Below, one piece after another: positions 27,410 through 42,552 of a DNA stretch of 64,000 nucleotides. The stretch is from Eledone cirrhosa (Eukaryota): positions 104,222,001 through 104,286,000 of the forward strand of contig OZ024745.1 of the NCBI GenBank assembly GCA_964016885.1, in the 5' to 3' direction. How positions within the stretch are numbered: the first letter of the stretch is position 1; each line of letters begins with the position of its first letter. The translations under genes and the position numbers were made by a program. Under the pieces are notes generated by a model. That model did no database searches and was not told the origin of the DNA. It saw only the letters and a list, made by a program, of their open reading frames with translations.

Positions 27410-27469
27410 TTCCATTCACCAGTGGTTTCTTAAAAGCAAAAAATTTTTCCTTCAATCTTCAGAATGAAA
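27410..27469 (-). ncRNA. Hammerhead copy with GUG triplet (probably inactive)
   Basis: CTGAAGA-TTGAAGGAAAAA/TTTTTTGCTTTTAA-GAAACCACTGGTG-AATGGAA. Confidence 0.7.
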
Positions 27470-27570
27470 AAAACCTGGTTTATCCACATATACATACATA
27501 TACACACAAATATATACATATATATACACACATACACATACACACACATACATATACATATATATATATA

Positions 27571-27620
<50 letters not shown>

Positions 27621-27776
27621 AATATACATACACATACACACAGGTATGTGAAGGGCAAGGCAAAAAGAATATATGGGGGGGGGGCATAAGAAAAGGTAAA
27701 ATATAAGGGGAGGTAAGGGAGAAAAAAAAAAGTAAATATACAAGAGTACAGAACGTAGAATCAGCAAAATAAAAAC

Positions 27777-27821
<45 letters not shown>

Positions 27822-27901
27822 ATGAATGTATGTACGTGTATATGTGTATGTATGTGTATGTGTATATAAGTGTATGTTTTATATATATGTGTATGTGTAT
27901 G

Positions 27902-27962
<61 letters not shown>

Positions 27963-28109
27963 ATGTATGCTTTTGTGTTTTTTTGTGTGTGTGTTTGCAT
28001 GTGTAGTTTTATTTTCTTTTTCCTTTCCTTCTTCCTTCTCCAGCCTCACTTTCATTTAGATTGTATTTTTGTTTTTTAAAATCTAAATTCAATAAACAAA
28101 CCAGGATTT

Positions 28110-28168
28110 TTTCATTCTGAGGATTGAAAGCAAAACCTTTTGCTTTTAAGAAACCACTGTTAAATGGA
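28110..28168 (+). ncRNA. Hammerhead copy (inverted) with a stem III mismatch
   Basis: Same as the 26157 motif but GAAACCACTGTTA. Confidence 0.75.
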
Positions 28169-28248
28169 TAATAATAATAATAATAATTAAGCTCTGTTGC
28201 CTACATAGAGCACTCTTTTTTCCTGGACTTTTCCGACGGAATTACTTC

Positions 28249-28328
<80 letters not shown>

Positions 28329-28645
28329 GTAGTACACTGGAAGGTAATATCCGTAGTGGAAAAGCACTCAGTTCATGGGACAGAGATCACGCAATAGCGA
28401 TTGCCTAACCAAGGAATGAATTCTTCACACGCTGTCCACACGTCTGGAAACACCTCTTACATAACCACAAAGCTCCGGATTGATTTACAACCTAATTTTC
28501 TTATTAACTAGAAACTTTTGGACTTTCGAAGTTATCTCCCTTACACCTCTCGCTCGCAATTTAGTATTGCCTGGGTGAAGCGACCCTTTCTGCGCATGCG
28601 CGTTCGTACGGTTGTCCTTCCCGTTCCGTATAATCATGTCCATTG

Positions 28646-28683
28646 CGAGCTGAGGATCCGCTAAGGTGAAACAATTGTTCTCG
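28646..28683 (+). ncRNA. Minimal hammerhead ribozyme (5' pLTR)
   Basis: CGAG-CTGAGGA-TCC(GCTAA)GGT-GAAAC-AATT-GTT^CTCG. Confidence 0.85.
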
Positions 28684-30432
28684 GTATGGTGAACTAACTG
28701 TTGTGTAACCACTTCTACCTATCTCGTCCCATGGACTGAGTGCTCTACCACTACGGATATTCCGTTCCAGTGTTCTACCACTATATACGTCTCCAGCAAC
28801 GGTTAGCAGATTCTTTTCACTACGTAGAAGTTTGGCTTTTAGCAGATTTTTCACCACGTGCGAGTTTGGCTTCCTACCCTGTGAGCGCTCTCTATATCCT
28901 CGCGTCCTACACAATTTTGTGTCTCATCAACGTCAGTATGGATTTATACGAACTGGATTACTCCCTGAAGAACATTCCCTCTCCCTCCAACCATGTTTAC
29001 CAAAAGTTTCTCCTATAAAAAGCAGAAGATGTTGTCGGGCGCTTAAGATGGCGAGCCCTAGCTTTTGACGGCAAAATTACAGGCACCAGTAACACCTTCA
29101 ACCTGAAATCGGGAGCCTACCCTCCTAAGGTAACTGTACATGCTCCTTTCGAGACGGACCTTCTTGACTTAGTCGCTAACATTTCCTGTCCGCAAACACC
29201 CTAACACCTTTCAAACTAAACTTAGAAATGATATTAAGAAATTTAGGTCTTCTAATAACACTTTCGTTCTTTCCGACTAAACTAATAATGTTTACGAAAT
29301 CGACAACACCACTTACACCCACTTGGCCCATAACGCTATTACTTCCAAATATAAGAAAGCTAACCCTATGACCTATCACGACATTAATACAGAAGCCAAA
29401 GAATTTGCCGCCGCCCTTAAGGTAGGTAAGAAGCTACAATCTCTAGCTAAGAGGGAGGCGTTCCTCACCCTGAAAGATCACAAGGTAGACTTTACTTCTA
29501 ACCCCACATGTAGACTAATAAACCCGGCATGCACAGATATGGGACTAGTCAGTAAGGCCATACTTAGAAACATAGTTAAGACCATTAGGACCAAGTACAA
29601 CCTGCCCCAGTGGGAGAACAGCGACTCCGTAATTAAGTGGTTTAACTCCTTAAAATCCCAAAAAGCGAAGTTCACACAGTTTGACATTGTAGATTTTTAC
29701 CCGTCGATCTCAGAGACGCTGTTAAACAAAGCGTTGGACTTTGCTACCACTTACGCTACCGTCCATGTTTTAGACAGGAAAATCATCGCTCACTGCCGGA
29801 AAACCCTCCTCTTCAACAACGGAGTAGACTGGGCAAAGAAGTCAACAACTTCAGACCTATTCGACGTCTCCATGGGATCGTTTGACAGTGCTGACGTATG
29901 CGACTTGGTTGGCCTATTTATTTTAGACATATTACGTGTTAGATTCCCGGACTTCTACACGGGAATAAACCGCGACGATGGACTGACCTTATCGAGCCAT
30001 AAAAGTAGCAACGACCTCGATCGGTTTAAAAAAAAGACTTAGCTTCTACCTTCAATGAGTTAGGACTTAGCATAACAGTAGCTACCAACCTCTCTAGCGT
30101 AGATTTCTTAGACATTAATTTAGACCTTCGCACACACACCTACAGACACTTCAATAAGCTTAATGAAAAACTCAAACGATTGCCTAAACTTAAGAAATGA
30201 ATTCTTCAAACGTTGTCCACACGTCTGGAAACACTTCTTACATAACTACAAAGCTCCGGATTGAATTACAATAACATCCTTATTTTCTTATCAACTTGAA
30301 ACTTTCGGACTTTCGCAGTTATCTCCCTTATACCTCTCATACGCTATTTAGTATTGCCTGGGTGAAGTGACCGTTTCTGCGCATGCGCGTTTGTACGGTT
30401 GTCCTTCCCATTCCGTATAACCATGTCCATTA

Positions 30433-30470
30433 CGAGCTGAGGATCCACTAAGGAGAAACAATTGTTCTCG
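30433..30470 (+). ncRNA. Minimal hammerhead ribozyme (3' pLTR)
   Basis: CGAG-CTGAGGA-TCC(ACTAA)GGA-GAAAC-AATT-GTT^CTCG. Confidence 0.87.
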
Positions 30471-30498
30471 GTATGGTGAACTAACTGTTGTGTAACCA

Positions 30499-30551
<53 letters not shown>

Positions 30552-30737
30552 ATGAAACGAAATTTCATTTCTCACTCTTAGTACGGCTGATACTTAAATG
30601 TAAGTATGTATACAGAAGTACAGTAGTATGTATATACTTACATGCACACATATATATATATGTGCGTATGGGTTTACCGAACATTTATTATGAGCTTGAA
30701 ACTAGTACATCGTTCCTTACACACACACACACACACG

Positions 30738-30771
<34 letters not shown>

Positions 30772-30869
30772 CATAAATAACAGATTAAATATTTGCTCTA
30801 CAGTTCATATATATTTGATATATATTTATCCTTATCGAGCCCTCTCTGGATTTTAGTCTTCAAATTTAT

Positions 30870-30875
30870 TACTAT

Positions 30876-30918
<43 letters not shown>

Positions 30919-31357
30919 GATAAATCTATATAGTTTTTTTGGTATTTATTTCTAGATATAAAAATACATATATGAGCATGTAAATATGAATGTAAGATTG
31001 AGTGTGTATATATGATTGTACATACATATGTATGTATATGTATGTATATATATGTATTATATATGTACGTGTATGTGAATGTGTGGTATATATATGTGTA
31101 GGTATATGTATATATGTGTGCGTATGTGTATGCTTGTATATAGGAATATATATGTGTGTATATATGTATATATGTATATGCGTGTTTGCATGTATGTGTA
31201 TATGGGTTCTGTATATATTTGTATGTCTCTCTATTTATATGTTTATCTTCGTATCTATGTGATATATGTGTGTGTGTGTGCATGTATGCATATGTACGTG
31301 TTTGTGTGTGTTTGTATGTGTGCGTGTGTAAATATATGTATGTATTTGCGCATACTC

Positions 31358-31395
<38 letters not shown>

Positions 31396-31470
31396 GAGTG
31401 TGTATGTGTGTCTGTATGTGTGTGCGTGTGTATATATGTGTATGTATATGTATATGTGTATGTATGTGTA

Positions 31471-31531
<61 letters not shown>

Positions 31532-31670
31532 ATATAGGTGTCTATGTGTGAATATATGTCTTTATTCGTATGTGTGTATTTATATATGTTTATATTTAGG
31601 TGTATGTATGTATGTGTATGTATGTATGTATATGTATGGGTATGTATGTATATGTGTATATGTGTGTATA

Positions 31671-31701
<31 letters not shown>

Positions 31702-31925
31702 TATTCTTTATTATTATTGTAATATAACTTATGTGTATATGTGTATAAGTGAGGTTGTGTATGTATATGTACTATGTGTATATATAAGGGTAATGAAATG
31801 TATATATATGTATATATATATATATGTGCATGTCTGTATTTTATGTGTGTGTGTATATATATATATATGTGTATGTGTGTATATGTGTATGTATATATGC
31901 ATATATGTGTACGTGTGTGTATGTT

Positions 31926-31968
<43 letters not shown>

Positions 31969-32086
31969 GCATCTGGATGTTTGTATGTGTTTTCATGGTG
32001 GTATGAGTGTGGGATATATATGTTTATGTATAAGTATATGTATGTGTATGTGTATATATATATGAGTCTATGTGTGTGTGTGTATA

Positions 32087-32133
<47 letters not shown>

Positions 32134-32340
32134 ATGTGTGTATGTGTTGCGCGTGTGTGTGTCCGTATTTTTATCTTTTTATATGTGTATGTGTATGTTC
32201 GTGTAAATGTATGTGTGTGTATGACAGTATAGGTATGTGTGTATGTATGTATGTGTAGATATCTCTATGTGCGCGTACATGTACGTATGTGTATGTATAT
32301 CTGTATGCGTATGTACATTATATTATATGTAATATATTTT
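30870..32340. repeat. Compound (TA)n/(TG)n/(TATG)n low-complexity tract
   Basis: Direct inspection; the YIYI/VCVC ORFs are artefacts. Confidence 0.9.
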
Positions 32341-33116
32341 ATTGTTTTTATTTTTTTATTTTTCATAATTTATAGATACATTTATATTAGGCTGTCTGTC
32401 TGACAACCTAATACTGACCCCTCCCCCCCCCTCCCACCTAATTTCTGTATCTTGATCTTGAAATGTGTGTACCAGTGTGTTTATGTGAGTGACTTAATTT
32501 CTATTTGCTTATGATTTTATATCCACATATATAAATGTGAGTGGGGGGTGTGTGTGTGTTTTGTGTGTTCGTGGTTATGTGTATATTTATATATATACGC
32601 ACATGTATGTGTGATTATACTGATATGTGTGAGTATGAAAAAAAAAATATATTTATATGCTTGACTACATAAGTATCATTGCGTTTCTTATCAGCGCATT
32701 AAGCTTACAGAGATATTAACCTTGAAATTTTTTATTTGCATCCATCTTTTTAGTATGCACATACATATTATACACACATTATTGTAAAATGTGTGTAGGG
32801 TTTTACATGTATATACACACACCAAACTGCTTTTTAACCCTTTGTGTTTTCATTGGTCAATTTTGAACTGATATTTTGAATTGTTGTTATTATCAATAAA
32901 TATACTTCATTATTTCTGAAGACGGCGTATATATGTGTTAGGTATGTATGTTTAATCTTGATAATTTGTATAATTTTGTATAATTTTGTACATAGATCTG
33001 TTAAATATGCATACCAATTATAGCACATATATACCCTAGAAACGATCGTTAAATAGTGAACTTTTTTTGTTTAATATAAGGAATTGTTTTGTTCATTATT
33101 TGTTTAATATTTTATA

Positions 33117-33156
<40 letters not shown>

Positions 33157-33546
33157 AATACATGGAGAATAGAAATGGCTGTGTAGTTGTTATTTAAGAT
33201 AACTTAAAATGCAGTGGGAATACGAAGAAAGCAAGAACGGGGGCGGGGGGTCCCTCATCAGTTGTCTACTGGGGGTCTCGGATATCTCTACGCTTTAAAG
33301 ACAAGATACCTCGACCCAGGGCGTCAATAACTAAATTGGGTATAATGCTAGTTTATTACCAAATACGAAGAAGCTCGATATATCAACCCCCAGGAAAGTG
33401 TACAGAGCATTAATTTTTTATATTATATATAATAGATGTAATCTGAGTTTTATTCGTTTGCAATTATGCAAACATCCTCATTTTTAAAGCCATGTCAGTA
33501 GAATGAGCCCCTCATTCTTTCTCTTGTGTTGGCATGTAATGTTTCA

Positions 33547-33584
33547 GATACTAATGTTTCTGGGTATCACCCTTCATCAGTACA
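33547..33584 (-). ncRNA. Degenerate hammerhead-like motif
   Basis: CTGATGA-A-GGGT(GAT)ACCC-A-GAAAC-ATTA-GTA; stem I is poor. Confidence 0.45.
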
Positions 33585-34943
33585 GTTCACTGTTCGATAA
33601 TTAAAAAAAAATTATTTGAATATGGCAAAGCCGGCCATTAATCGCTCGTATACAGCAAACCGACTAGCTAGTCTGTTGATATGCAAATCTGGCTGATCAG
33701 TGGATCCGCTAATCAGCTAGTTTGCTAATATGCAAATCAGGCCGATCAGTGACTCTATATTTTAGAAAATATATATTTTCACTAGCTCTGATAGTTACAC
33801 TACAATTTATGTACATGTTATGTTTATCGCATATCGAAGTTTTCATTCAATGAGTCCAGGTCATGTTAGAGTGCAATAAGCTAAACTAATCATTACAACT
33901 ATATTGACCAAATTTGGCTCTCCCCACCCAATTTTACCGCATAGTGAAATAGGTGTGTGTTATGGTGGTTTAGGGAGAAAAATATAATTATTGGGGTAAT
34001 TTCATCGCCCTTGTTTAATAACTACCCAACTAAAGCGTACGTTGAATCTATTATTAAATAAAATCAATTTCCAAAACGCCTATCGTAAAACTTTATTTCT
34101 CATTTTTAGGAAAGATTTTATAAAAATTTTAGGTAACTATTGCTGGTCTACATAGGCAAAAAAACTTTAATACCTCTGCGACATTTTTTCTCGTTGTGCT
34201 TCATATGTTACTAATCTCTGTTCTAATAATTTCTCAACATCTTAATTCTTTTTTTAACCCTCTTCATTAAATCACATTTCTACCCTCTTCATTAAATCAC
34301 CTCCTCTTTGTAATATCAGCCTCTCCAGATATAAGTAGCATAGACTTCCAATTTCTATGGCTCAAAATCTGTTTCTCTTCTTATGCCTCTAAATCTACTG
34401 CTTTCAACCCAGGGCCAGTTCATGCATTGGGTGAACTCCAAACTTATTTCGAACATCTGTTTCGTTGTATACCTACTCTTATTCAGTAATATCCGACTTC
34501 CAGATATACTTACTGCTTTAATCAATTTAAAAGAACCTCATATCGGTAACATAATAGTTTATGCGGTCACAAAAAGATGCAAGGAACATATATTTATCAT
34601 AGATAAGCAACTTTTATCATAAAACTGCGATTATGTAACTTTTTTGATCGATTCATCGTTGAAGGATGTCTCATCAAAAGCGCCGATATATCTGGAAAAA
34701 ATAAAGATGGTGAAGTTGTTTATACGACATCTACTTATCAAAACGCCCTTCCATCCTTTGTAGGTCAATAAAGAATACCAGTCCATTACTGAGTACAAAT
34801 CTTACCGACATCAACTTTTGTGTTTATTTGTGTTAATTTGTATTTGGTTGTTAAAATTAATGGTAGTCAAGTGCTGGAGTCGATATGATTAAGTATATTC
34901 CTTAGCCCCAGGATGTTTGATCTTGTATCTATGTAAAAGCTTC

Positions 34944-35120
34944 AGTATCGGTAGAGGTTCGGACGCCATGCTTTGACGCATAGAGTTACGGCCCTTGCCA
35001 TTCTGAGTTCAAATCCCGCCGAGGTTAACTTTGCCTTTCATCCTTACGGGGTCGATAAAATAAAGTACCAGTAATGTACTGGGTAATTTTCTGGCCTTGT
35101 GCCAATAGTAGAAACAATTA
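34944..35120 (+). mobile_element. tRNA-derived SINE
   Basis: CAGTATCGGTAGAG..GAGTTCAAATCCCGCCGAGGTTAACTTTGCCTTTCATCC. Confidence 0.88.
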
Positions 35121-35143
35121 ATGTATAGAGAAGCAATACATAC

Positions 35144-35230
35144 TTGATGGTGTAAACATACTGGAACTCTCAGTTGTAATCATTTGATCGGTTGTAGTTT
35201 CGGTTTCTGTTATGCTGTAGTTTCGGTGAC
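35144..35230 (-). CDS. Internal 87-nt phase-1 exon of the host gene (Thr-rich, NYS sequon)
   Basis: tactAG|GT CAC CGA AAC TAC AGC..CCA TCA A|GTATGTATTGC. Reads HRNYSITETETTTDQMITTESSSMFTPS. Same donor context as the 15821 exon. Confidence 0.72.
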
Positions 35231-36238
35231 CTAGTATTTTATAAAAAAACAAACAAACAAAAGATATGGTTATCTAAAGTTTATGTATTCGTAGCTATAG
35301 CTTTAACTTTTAGACTGACCACCATATGATTAATCGTAACAAGGAATTAAAAATAAATTACTATTTTATTTAGTATACATACACGGCAGTTCACATATGT
35401 GAAAATTAAATGTCAGACATTTTATATTTCTCAAATAACTAATCAACTAATAGATATGTTGAATATATTAATAAATAATTAATTGCTCAAGAAAGTGTTT
35501 AAATATAAGTTTAAAAGCAAAAGCAATGGAAAGGAGCTCCAGCTAGGTCTTGTGTGCAAAATCTAAATACGGTTTAAATACACATGTCTCCGATATCCAA
35601 GAGGTTTAAATGTCATCAGAAGGGCACCCAGGAGTCATGACCTGAATGCAGTCCGGCACGGCTCCTTAGATTGTAAGAAGTTAGGGGCCGAAACGCTTAC
35701 ATAAGGGTTTTTTTTTCTCTAAAGACCTTCTGCTGCCCAGCACTTCTAAGAGTTTCTTACCACTGTATCTCAGAATTTTAAAAATCATTTTTAGAAAAGA
35801 AAAATATTAGAGTTCACAGCAACTATTGATGGTCGGCATCAACAAAAGAGAAAGATTTGTACAATCTCTCTTCAAATAATCCCCCACTACATACATTCTT
35901 TTTAATTAAACTATTTTTCTTTCTCTTCATTATATCATCTCTCCTTTCTTCGTCTACTTTATATGTGCTCTACCTTCACTCTTTCTACCCGCACTCTCTC
36001 TGTATACACACACATATATATGTGTGTATGTATATATATATATATGTATATATATGTGTCTGTATATATATATTAGAAGGTGAGGTTTTTTTTTACAAAA
36101 TGAAAAATATCCGAGGTGTCCTACACGAGTGAAAGTATAAAGAAAAAAAGATGAAATCATAAATCCAACTGGAGTCTTATTTAAAAAAATATATATATAT
36201 ATATTTTAAATAAGACTCCAGTTGGATTTTCGATTTCA

Positions 36239-36277
<39 letters not shown>

Positions 36278-36278
<1 letters not shown>

Positions 36279-36464
36279 ACTGTTTCTACTTTAGGCACAA
36301 AGCCAGCAATTACGCAGTGCATTACTGGTACTTTATTTTATCTACCCCGTAAGGATGAATGGCAAAGTCAACCTCGGCGGGATTTGAACTCAGATCGTAA
36401 AGGTACGTAACTATGCTGGAATGCATGGCGTCCGACCTTCTACTGATACTGCCAATCCACCGCC
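36278..36464 (-). mobile_element. tRNA-derived SINE
   Basis: Reverse complement of A-box, B-box and core. Confidence 0.88.
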
Positions 36465-36519
36465 CCAAACTAATTCATCGCCGTTATATATATATAACGG
36501 CGATGAATTAGTTTTGCGA

Positions 36520-37480
36520 GGTTTTTGATATGAAATCGTGTGTCGAAACAAATATTGTTATACTTGGCGAGGGTCATATTTGTGCAATATTGCCAGAATT
36601 AATAACAGAACACACTCACTGTTTGGTTCGTTTTTGCTTCTGTGTCATTTATATCGGTAATTTAATTTATTCGGTCCTTAATGTTGCCATTGACTGACCA
36701 ACGGTCAAAAATACAGATACAATATAGACACAAACACATATATATAGTTTATCAAAGTTCTTTCGTTGCACATCTGCAACATCGTCAGTGGTGCTATTGT
36801 TTCCTCCCGTTACATCGTATGTCTACGCCATCTTTATTTAGTCTGTTTATATATTTATTTATTTGTTTAGTTTTTGTCTTCTTTGCGCATGCGTTTGCGT
36901 GTGTGTATAGTGTTTTGTTTGATGTGTGTTCGTGTTTGGGTGACTGTGTATTGGTTAATGTATTCTATCTTTACTAGTGTGTGTTTATGTTTGTGTGTTG
37001 TTATTGTGTTTGTGTATTTATTTATTTATTTATCTATTTATTTATTTATTTATTTATACTTCTCTTACGTCAGTGTTGTTTGTTTGGGTGTTGTTGTTAT
37101 TCCATTCATTTTTTCTGTTTAGCCTTGGCCTTCTAAGTTCTATTTCACTGGCCTCTCTGATTTGGCTATCTGCTGGGTCATTTCTATGTTTAGATATCAT
37201 TCTAATTTCTATTTTGTCTATGTTACCGTCGTGTTGTTGTCTGGCATGTTTGTATAGCACTGAACCTTTTTTTTCGTCCTTTTAGTTCCCCACAGTGTTG
37301 ATCTATCCTTTCACCTATGCTACGAGCTGTCTCGCCTATGTATGTTGTTGTCATGTTTCTGCAAGTACCCTCTTTACATCTTATGCTATAGACTACGTTT
37401 CTAGTTTTACAGTTTATCCGGGGGTTTACCTTACATATGATACATTCCTATTTTCTCTTGGTTGTAAGAGGCTTAGCTCT
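36520..37480 (-). mobile_element. Diverged 3' fragment (GIY-YIG + pLTR + tail) of the YVDD PLE family
   Basis: YIGETARSIGE..LYKHARQQHDG..RQIREA..RPRLNRKNEWN. The tail resembles the MTLPKYNNI start of the 47-54 kb element. Confidence 0.85.
36751..36792 (-). ncRNA. Hammerhead ribozyme with an extra nt after A9
   Basis: ACCA-CTGACGA-T-GTTGCA(GATG)TGCAAC-GAAAG(AA)CTT^TGAT. Confidence 0.75.
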
Positions 37481-37901
37481 GTTTCTTGACCGCTGTATCA
37501 CGTGATAAGTTCCTCCTCCGAGTTTCGGGATTCTATCTCGCGTCCTACGGACGTGTTTTGAAACTCTAAATGCGGTATCCTCTTGATAAGTCGGCAAACC
37601 TCACAAAAATACTACATCTCTATGATGTAATGTTTTTGCATAATAGCCACGAAACTACGTAGTCGAGGATAATGAAGGAATTTAGGTATATTATATCTTT
37701 TTATTTATATCTAATGTTTATTCTTTCTTTATAATGTATTATATAGCTCTGATATTGAATCAATCTAATCCATTCAGATTATTTTGTCCCTATTATTCAT
37801 AGAGCAACAACGGTTAAGGTTGGCACCACACAAATTCAGGGATATATGTGGGTATATGCATGTATATGTATGTATTCGCACGTGTCTGTGTATTTCTTTG
37901 T

Positions 37902-37956
<55 letters not shown>

Positions 37957-38045
37957 ATAATAATAAATTTGAACACTAAACTCCAAAGAAGGCTCGATAA
38001 GAATAAATATATATCAAATATATAAGAATCGTAGAGCAAATATTT

Positions 38046-38783
<738 letters not shown>

Positions 38784-38855
38784 CACATAAATATGTATAT
38801 ATATACACACACATATATATATATATATATATGTATATGTACATATATATATATG

Positions 38856-38939
<84 letters not shown>

Positions 38940-39154
38940 TGTATATATATATATACATATATGTATATATGTATAATTAAGTTAAAAGTGTACATCTACA
39001 TATGTATACTGAAATACTAGTATGCATATAAATACACAGTCATACAAAAGTGAGTTAGAAGCGAAACGAAATTTAATTTCGTTTCGTTATTTGTTTTTAT
39101 ATATATATATATATATACATATATGTATATATAAATATATACATATATTTACAT

Positions 39155-39236
<82 letters not shown>

Positions 39237-39239
39237 TAT

Positions 39240-40748
39240 TTAGGGAAGTGCTTCCCTAAATTCACAAATACCATAACATATTTAATAGAAATACTATGAA
39301 ACTATCTTACTCTACTGCAACCAACATAGAATCACACATACAGAAAATTAACTATAAACGAATCTCTAATACAAATAGCCTGCAAACAAGCACCATAACA
39401 CCAAATACAAAACACATACACATAAAAACATCACATCCACACACACGTCAGAACACATCACAACAATACATCAACCAACCCAAATCTCAGCCCATACATA
39501 ACAACATACAAAACCGCATCGTCGAATCGGCATATAGAAAGGCCTCAAAATGTAACTGTCACTTACCAGATAAGTGCCCATTACAAAATAGATGCCTTGA
39601 ATCAAATATAGTGTACCTATGTACTATAAATTCAGGCAACTTAGCATGGCACTACATAGGTTCTACAGCGAGGGAGTTCATAAAACGGTGGTATGTCCAC
39701 AGACACTCTACAAAGAACCGTAAACTACTGAATACAACAACGCTCGCTAATAAAATCTGGCAGCTTAAAGATACAAATCAAGAATACAGGATTAGCTGGT
39801 CTAAATTGTCAGGGGCAATGGCCTACAAAATTGGTATGTCCCACTGTAGACTTTGCAATATGGAATTATTCCATATTTTAAAATATGACAAAATGCTGCT
39901 TAACAGCAAAAACGGTCAATTTTCTGTAGATATAAAGCAGCAAATAAATTCGATAATTTCAAACCAACTTGATTCGACCCAACAATTCCATAATTCAAAT
40001 TATACCACCTGAGTCTATTATAATAACCCATTATCATCATTGTTAGTATTATTGTTATTAACTGTCAATGAATCAACATCATAACCTATTATATTTCATT
40101 TCTCTCTTTCATTTCTCTCTTTCATTTTCTATCTTTCAAATTCTTTCCCTAAATATATTTTATCTCTTACATTATAACCTATCGTATTATCTTCACTTCT
40201 AATATAACTTCCAATTTATTAATTTATTAATTTAACTAATACATATATGAATATATTTAATATGTTCATGTTTATACCATCATATATTTATATTTTAACC
40301 ACCAACATCACAACTATTTTCAACAATCATATTATGTTCATTTTCTTCGCACACATATAAATATTTTTATTTATTTTTTATCATCTTCGCTATAACTTAT
40401 TTATTATTATTCATTTATTATCATTAATTTATTTTTTCTCTCTATTTTTCTTTATCTTTTTTCTTTATTCTCTTTTTTCTTTTTTTCTTTCTTTCTTTCT
40501 TTCTCTTTTTTTTTTCTCTCATTTACTTTTTCTTTCTTTATTACTGATGTTGTAATTTGAATTTGTAAACGCTATGTATAATTTTAAACAGTTTTTCTGA
40601 TGATTTGGTTAAGCATACATCGTATTTAAAATTGAGTGACACAACTTCAAGTGATTAGCAATTTTAAGACAACTTAATCAATGAAACAATTGTTAATACT
40701 GTAAATAAAACCCTTTTTGTATTGTTGAACATGTTATTCTTCACTCTT

Positions 40749-40750
<2 letters not shown>
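39240..40750 (+). mobile_element. 3' fragment of a Naiad-like PLE (thumb end, GIY-YIG ORF 39296-40012, pLTR)
   Basis: KYHNIFNRNTMKLSYS, KCNCHLPDKCPL..CLESNIVY..YIGST..FIKRW..H, CRLCNME. Confidence 0.9.
40588..40702 (+). ncRNA. Hammerhead ribozyme with a long stem II insertion
   Basis: ACAGTTTTT-CTGATGA-TTTGGTTAAG(59 nt containing TTAAAATTG/CAATTTTAA)CTTAATCAAT-GAAAC-AATT-GTT^AATACTGT. Confidence 0.75.
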
Positions 40751-40812
<62 letters not shown>

Positions 40813-40819
<7 letters not shown>

Positions 40820-41390
40820 AGTGGTGTCTGTGCTGCTGTACGAGTCTGAGACTTGGACACTGACCAAGAAAGTCACTCAGATGGTGGATGGGTGCTACAC
40901 GAGAATGCTGAGGATGGCTCTGAACATTAATCAGTATACACTGAGGATGAAAAACTCAGAGCTGTATGGGAGCCTCCCAAAAGTCAGCTCAAAAGTGACA
41001 CAGAGAAGACTGAGGTTGGCTGGACATGCTCACCAACATCTAGAGTTGACATTGCACTCAGTGCTCCTGCGGGAGCCCCTACATGAACACACTGGAAGAG
41101 GAAGACCAAGGTTAACGTATGTTGATGCCCTAAGGACAGACACTGGTCTGTTGGAGACGCAGAGGAGACTGAGGTTAACTGGACATGCTCACCGACATCC
41201 AGAGTTGACATTGCACTCAGTGCTCCTGGGGAGCCCCTACATGGGCACACTGGAAGAGGAAGACTAAGGTTAACGTATGTTGATGCCCTTAGGACAGGCA
41301 CTGGTCTGTTGGAGACGCAGGACATGGCAAGGATAATGAGGGACAGACCGCTGGAGAGAACTCGTCCATGGATCTCGGGAATTTTACCCG
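40813..41390 (+). mobile_element. 3' fragment of an RTE-type LINE with an internal about 160-bp tandem duplication
   Basis: [43 protein letters not shown]; the segment is repeated. Confidence 0.85.
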
Positions 41391-41396
41391 CCCTAG

Positions 41397-41542
<146 letters not shown>

Positions 41543-42108
41543 TTTATATATATATGTGTGTGTATATATATATATGTATATACACACACACATATATATA
41601 TATGTATATTTAGTGAATTAGTCCCAGGGTGACTTACTCCAGTAAGTACCACCGGATCCCAACCACTAAATTTAATAGAAATAAGAGATAGGAGAATTTT
41701 CATACAATTTCATTTCGTGTGAGAATTATCTCTCACTACATTTGAAGTAATGACTGAAGCATAAGTTTCTCAAAACGAGTATCAAAATAACTTGCGTTTA
41801 TTGTAGTCCGTGAATTACAAATGTGGTAAACAAATGTGCCTCGTGGCATGACAAGGTATAATCCTGAATTATAAGATATGGTTGAAAAAAGGTTAGCATG
41901 CTTGCGTGCGCTCGATGTGACCAGTTTGAGAGGTGCCGCCAAAAGAGAGTAAGTGAGCAAGAGAGATCGAGTGACGTCAGCACACTCCCTTATATACAGG
42001 CCACGGGGAAGTAACTCCAATTAGTTTTTTTCTCCCCGGGCAAGGTGGCGCTAGTCGCTACATATATATATACATATACATATATATATATATAAACATG
42101 TAAACATG

Positions 42109-42286
<178 letters not shown>

Positions 42287-42369
42287 TATACATATATATA
42301 CATATATATACATATATATACATATATATATGTATATATATATATGTATATATATATACATATATATAC

Positions 42370-42432
<63 letters not shown>

Positions 42433-42478
42433 TACATATATATATGTATATATATATACATATATACATATATATATG

Positions 42479-42525
<47 letters not shown>

Positions 42526-42552
42526 GTATATATATACATATATATATGTATA

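Larger units (their letters stand above)
28322..30500 (+). mobile_element. Internally deleted Naiad-like PLE with direct pLTRs (about 28418-28713 and 30177-30500) and a short inverted 5' piece
   Basis: MDLYELDYSLKNIP..RLRWRA, LTLKDHK..TCRLINP, QFDIVDFYPSI, MGSFDSADVCDLVG, NRDDG. Thumb and GIY-YIG are deleted. 28322-28387 is the reverse complement of about 28720-28787. (TA)n flanks. Confidence 0.9.

Noticed and set aside
35655-35700. GGCTCCT..AGGGGCC-GAAAC hairpin
   Set aside because: No CUGANGA-like 5' core.
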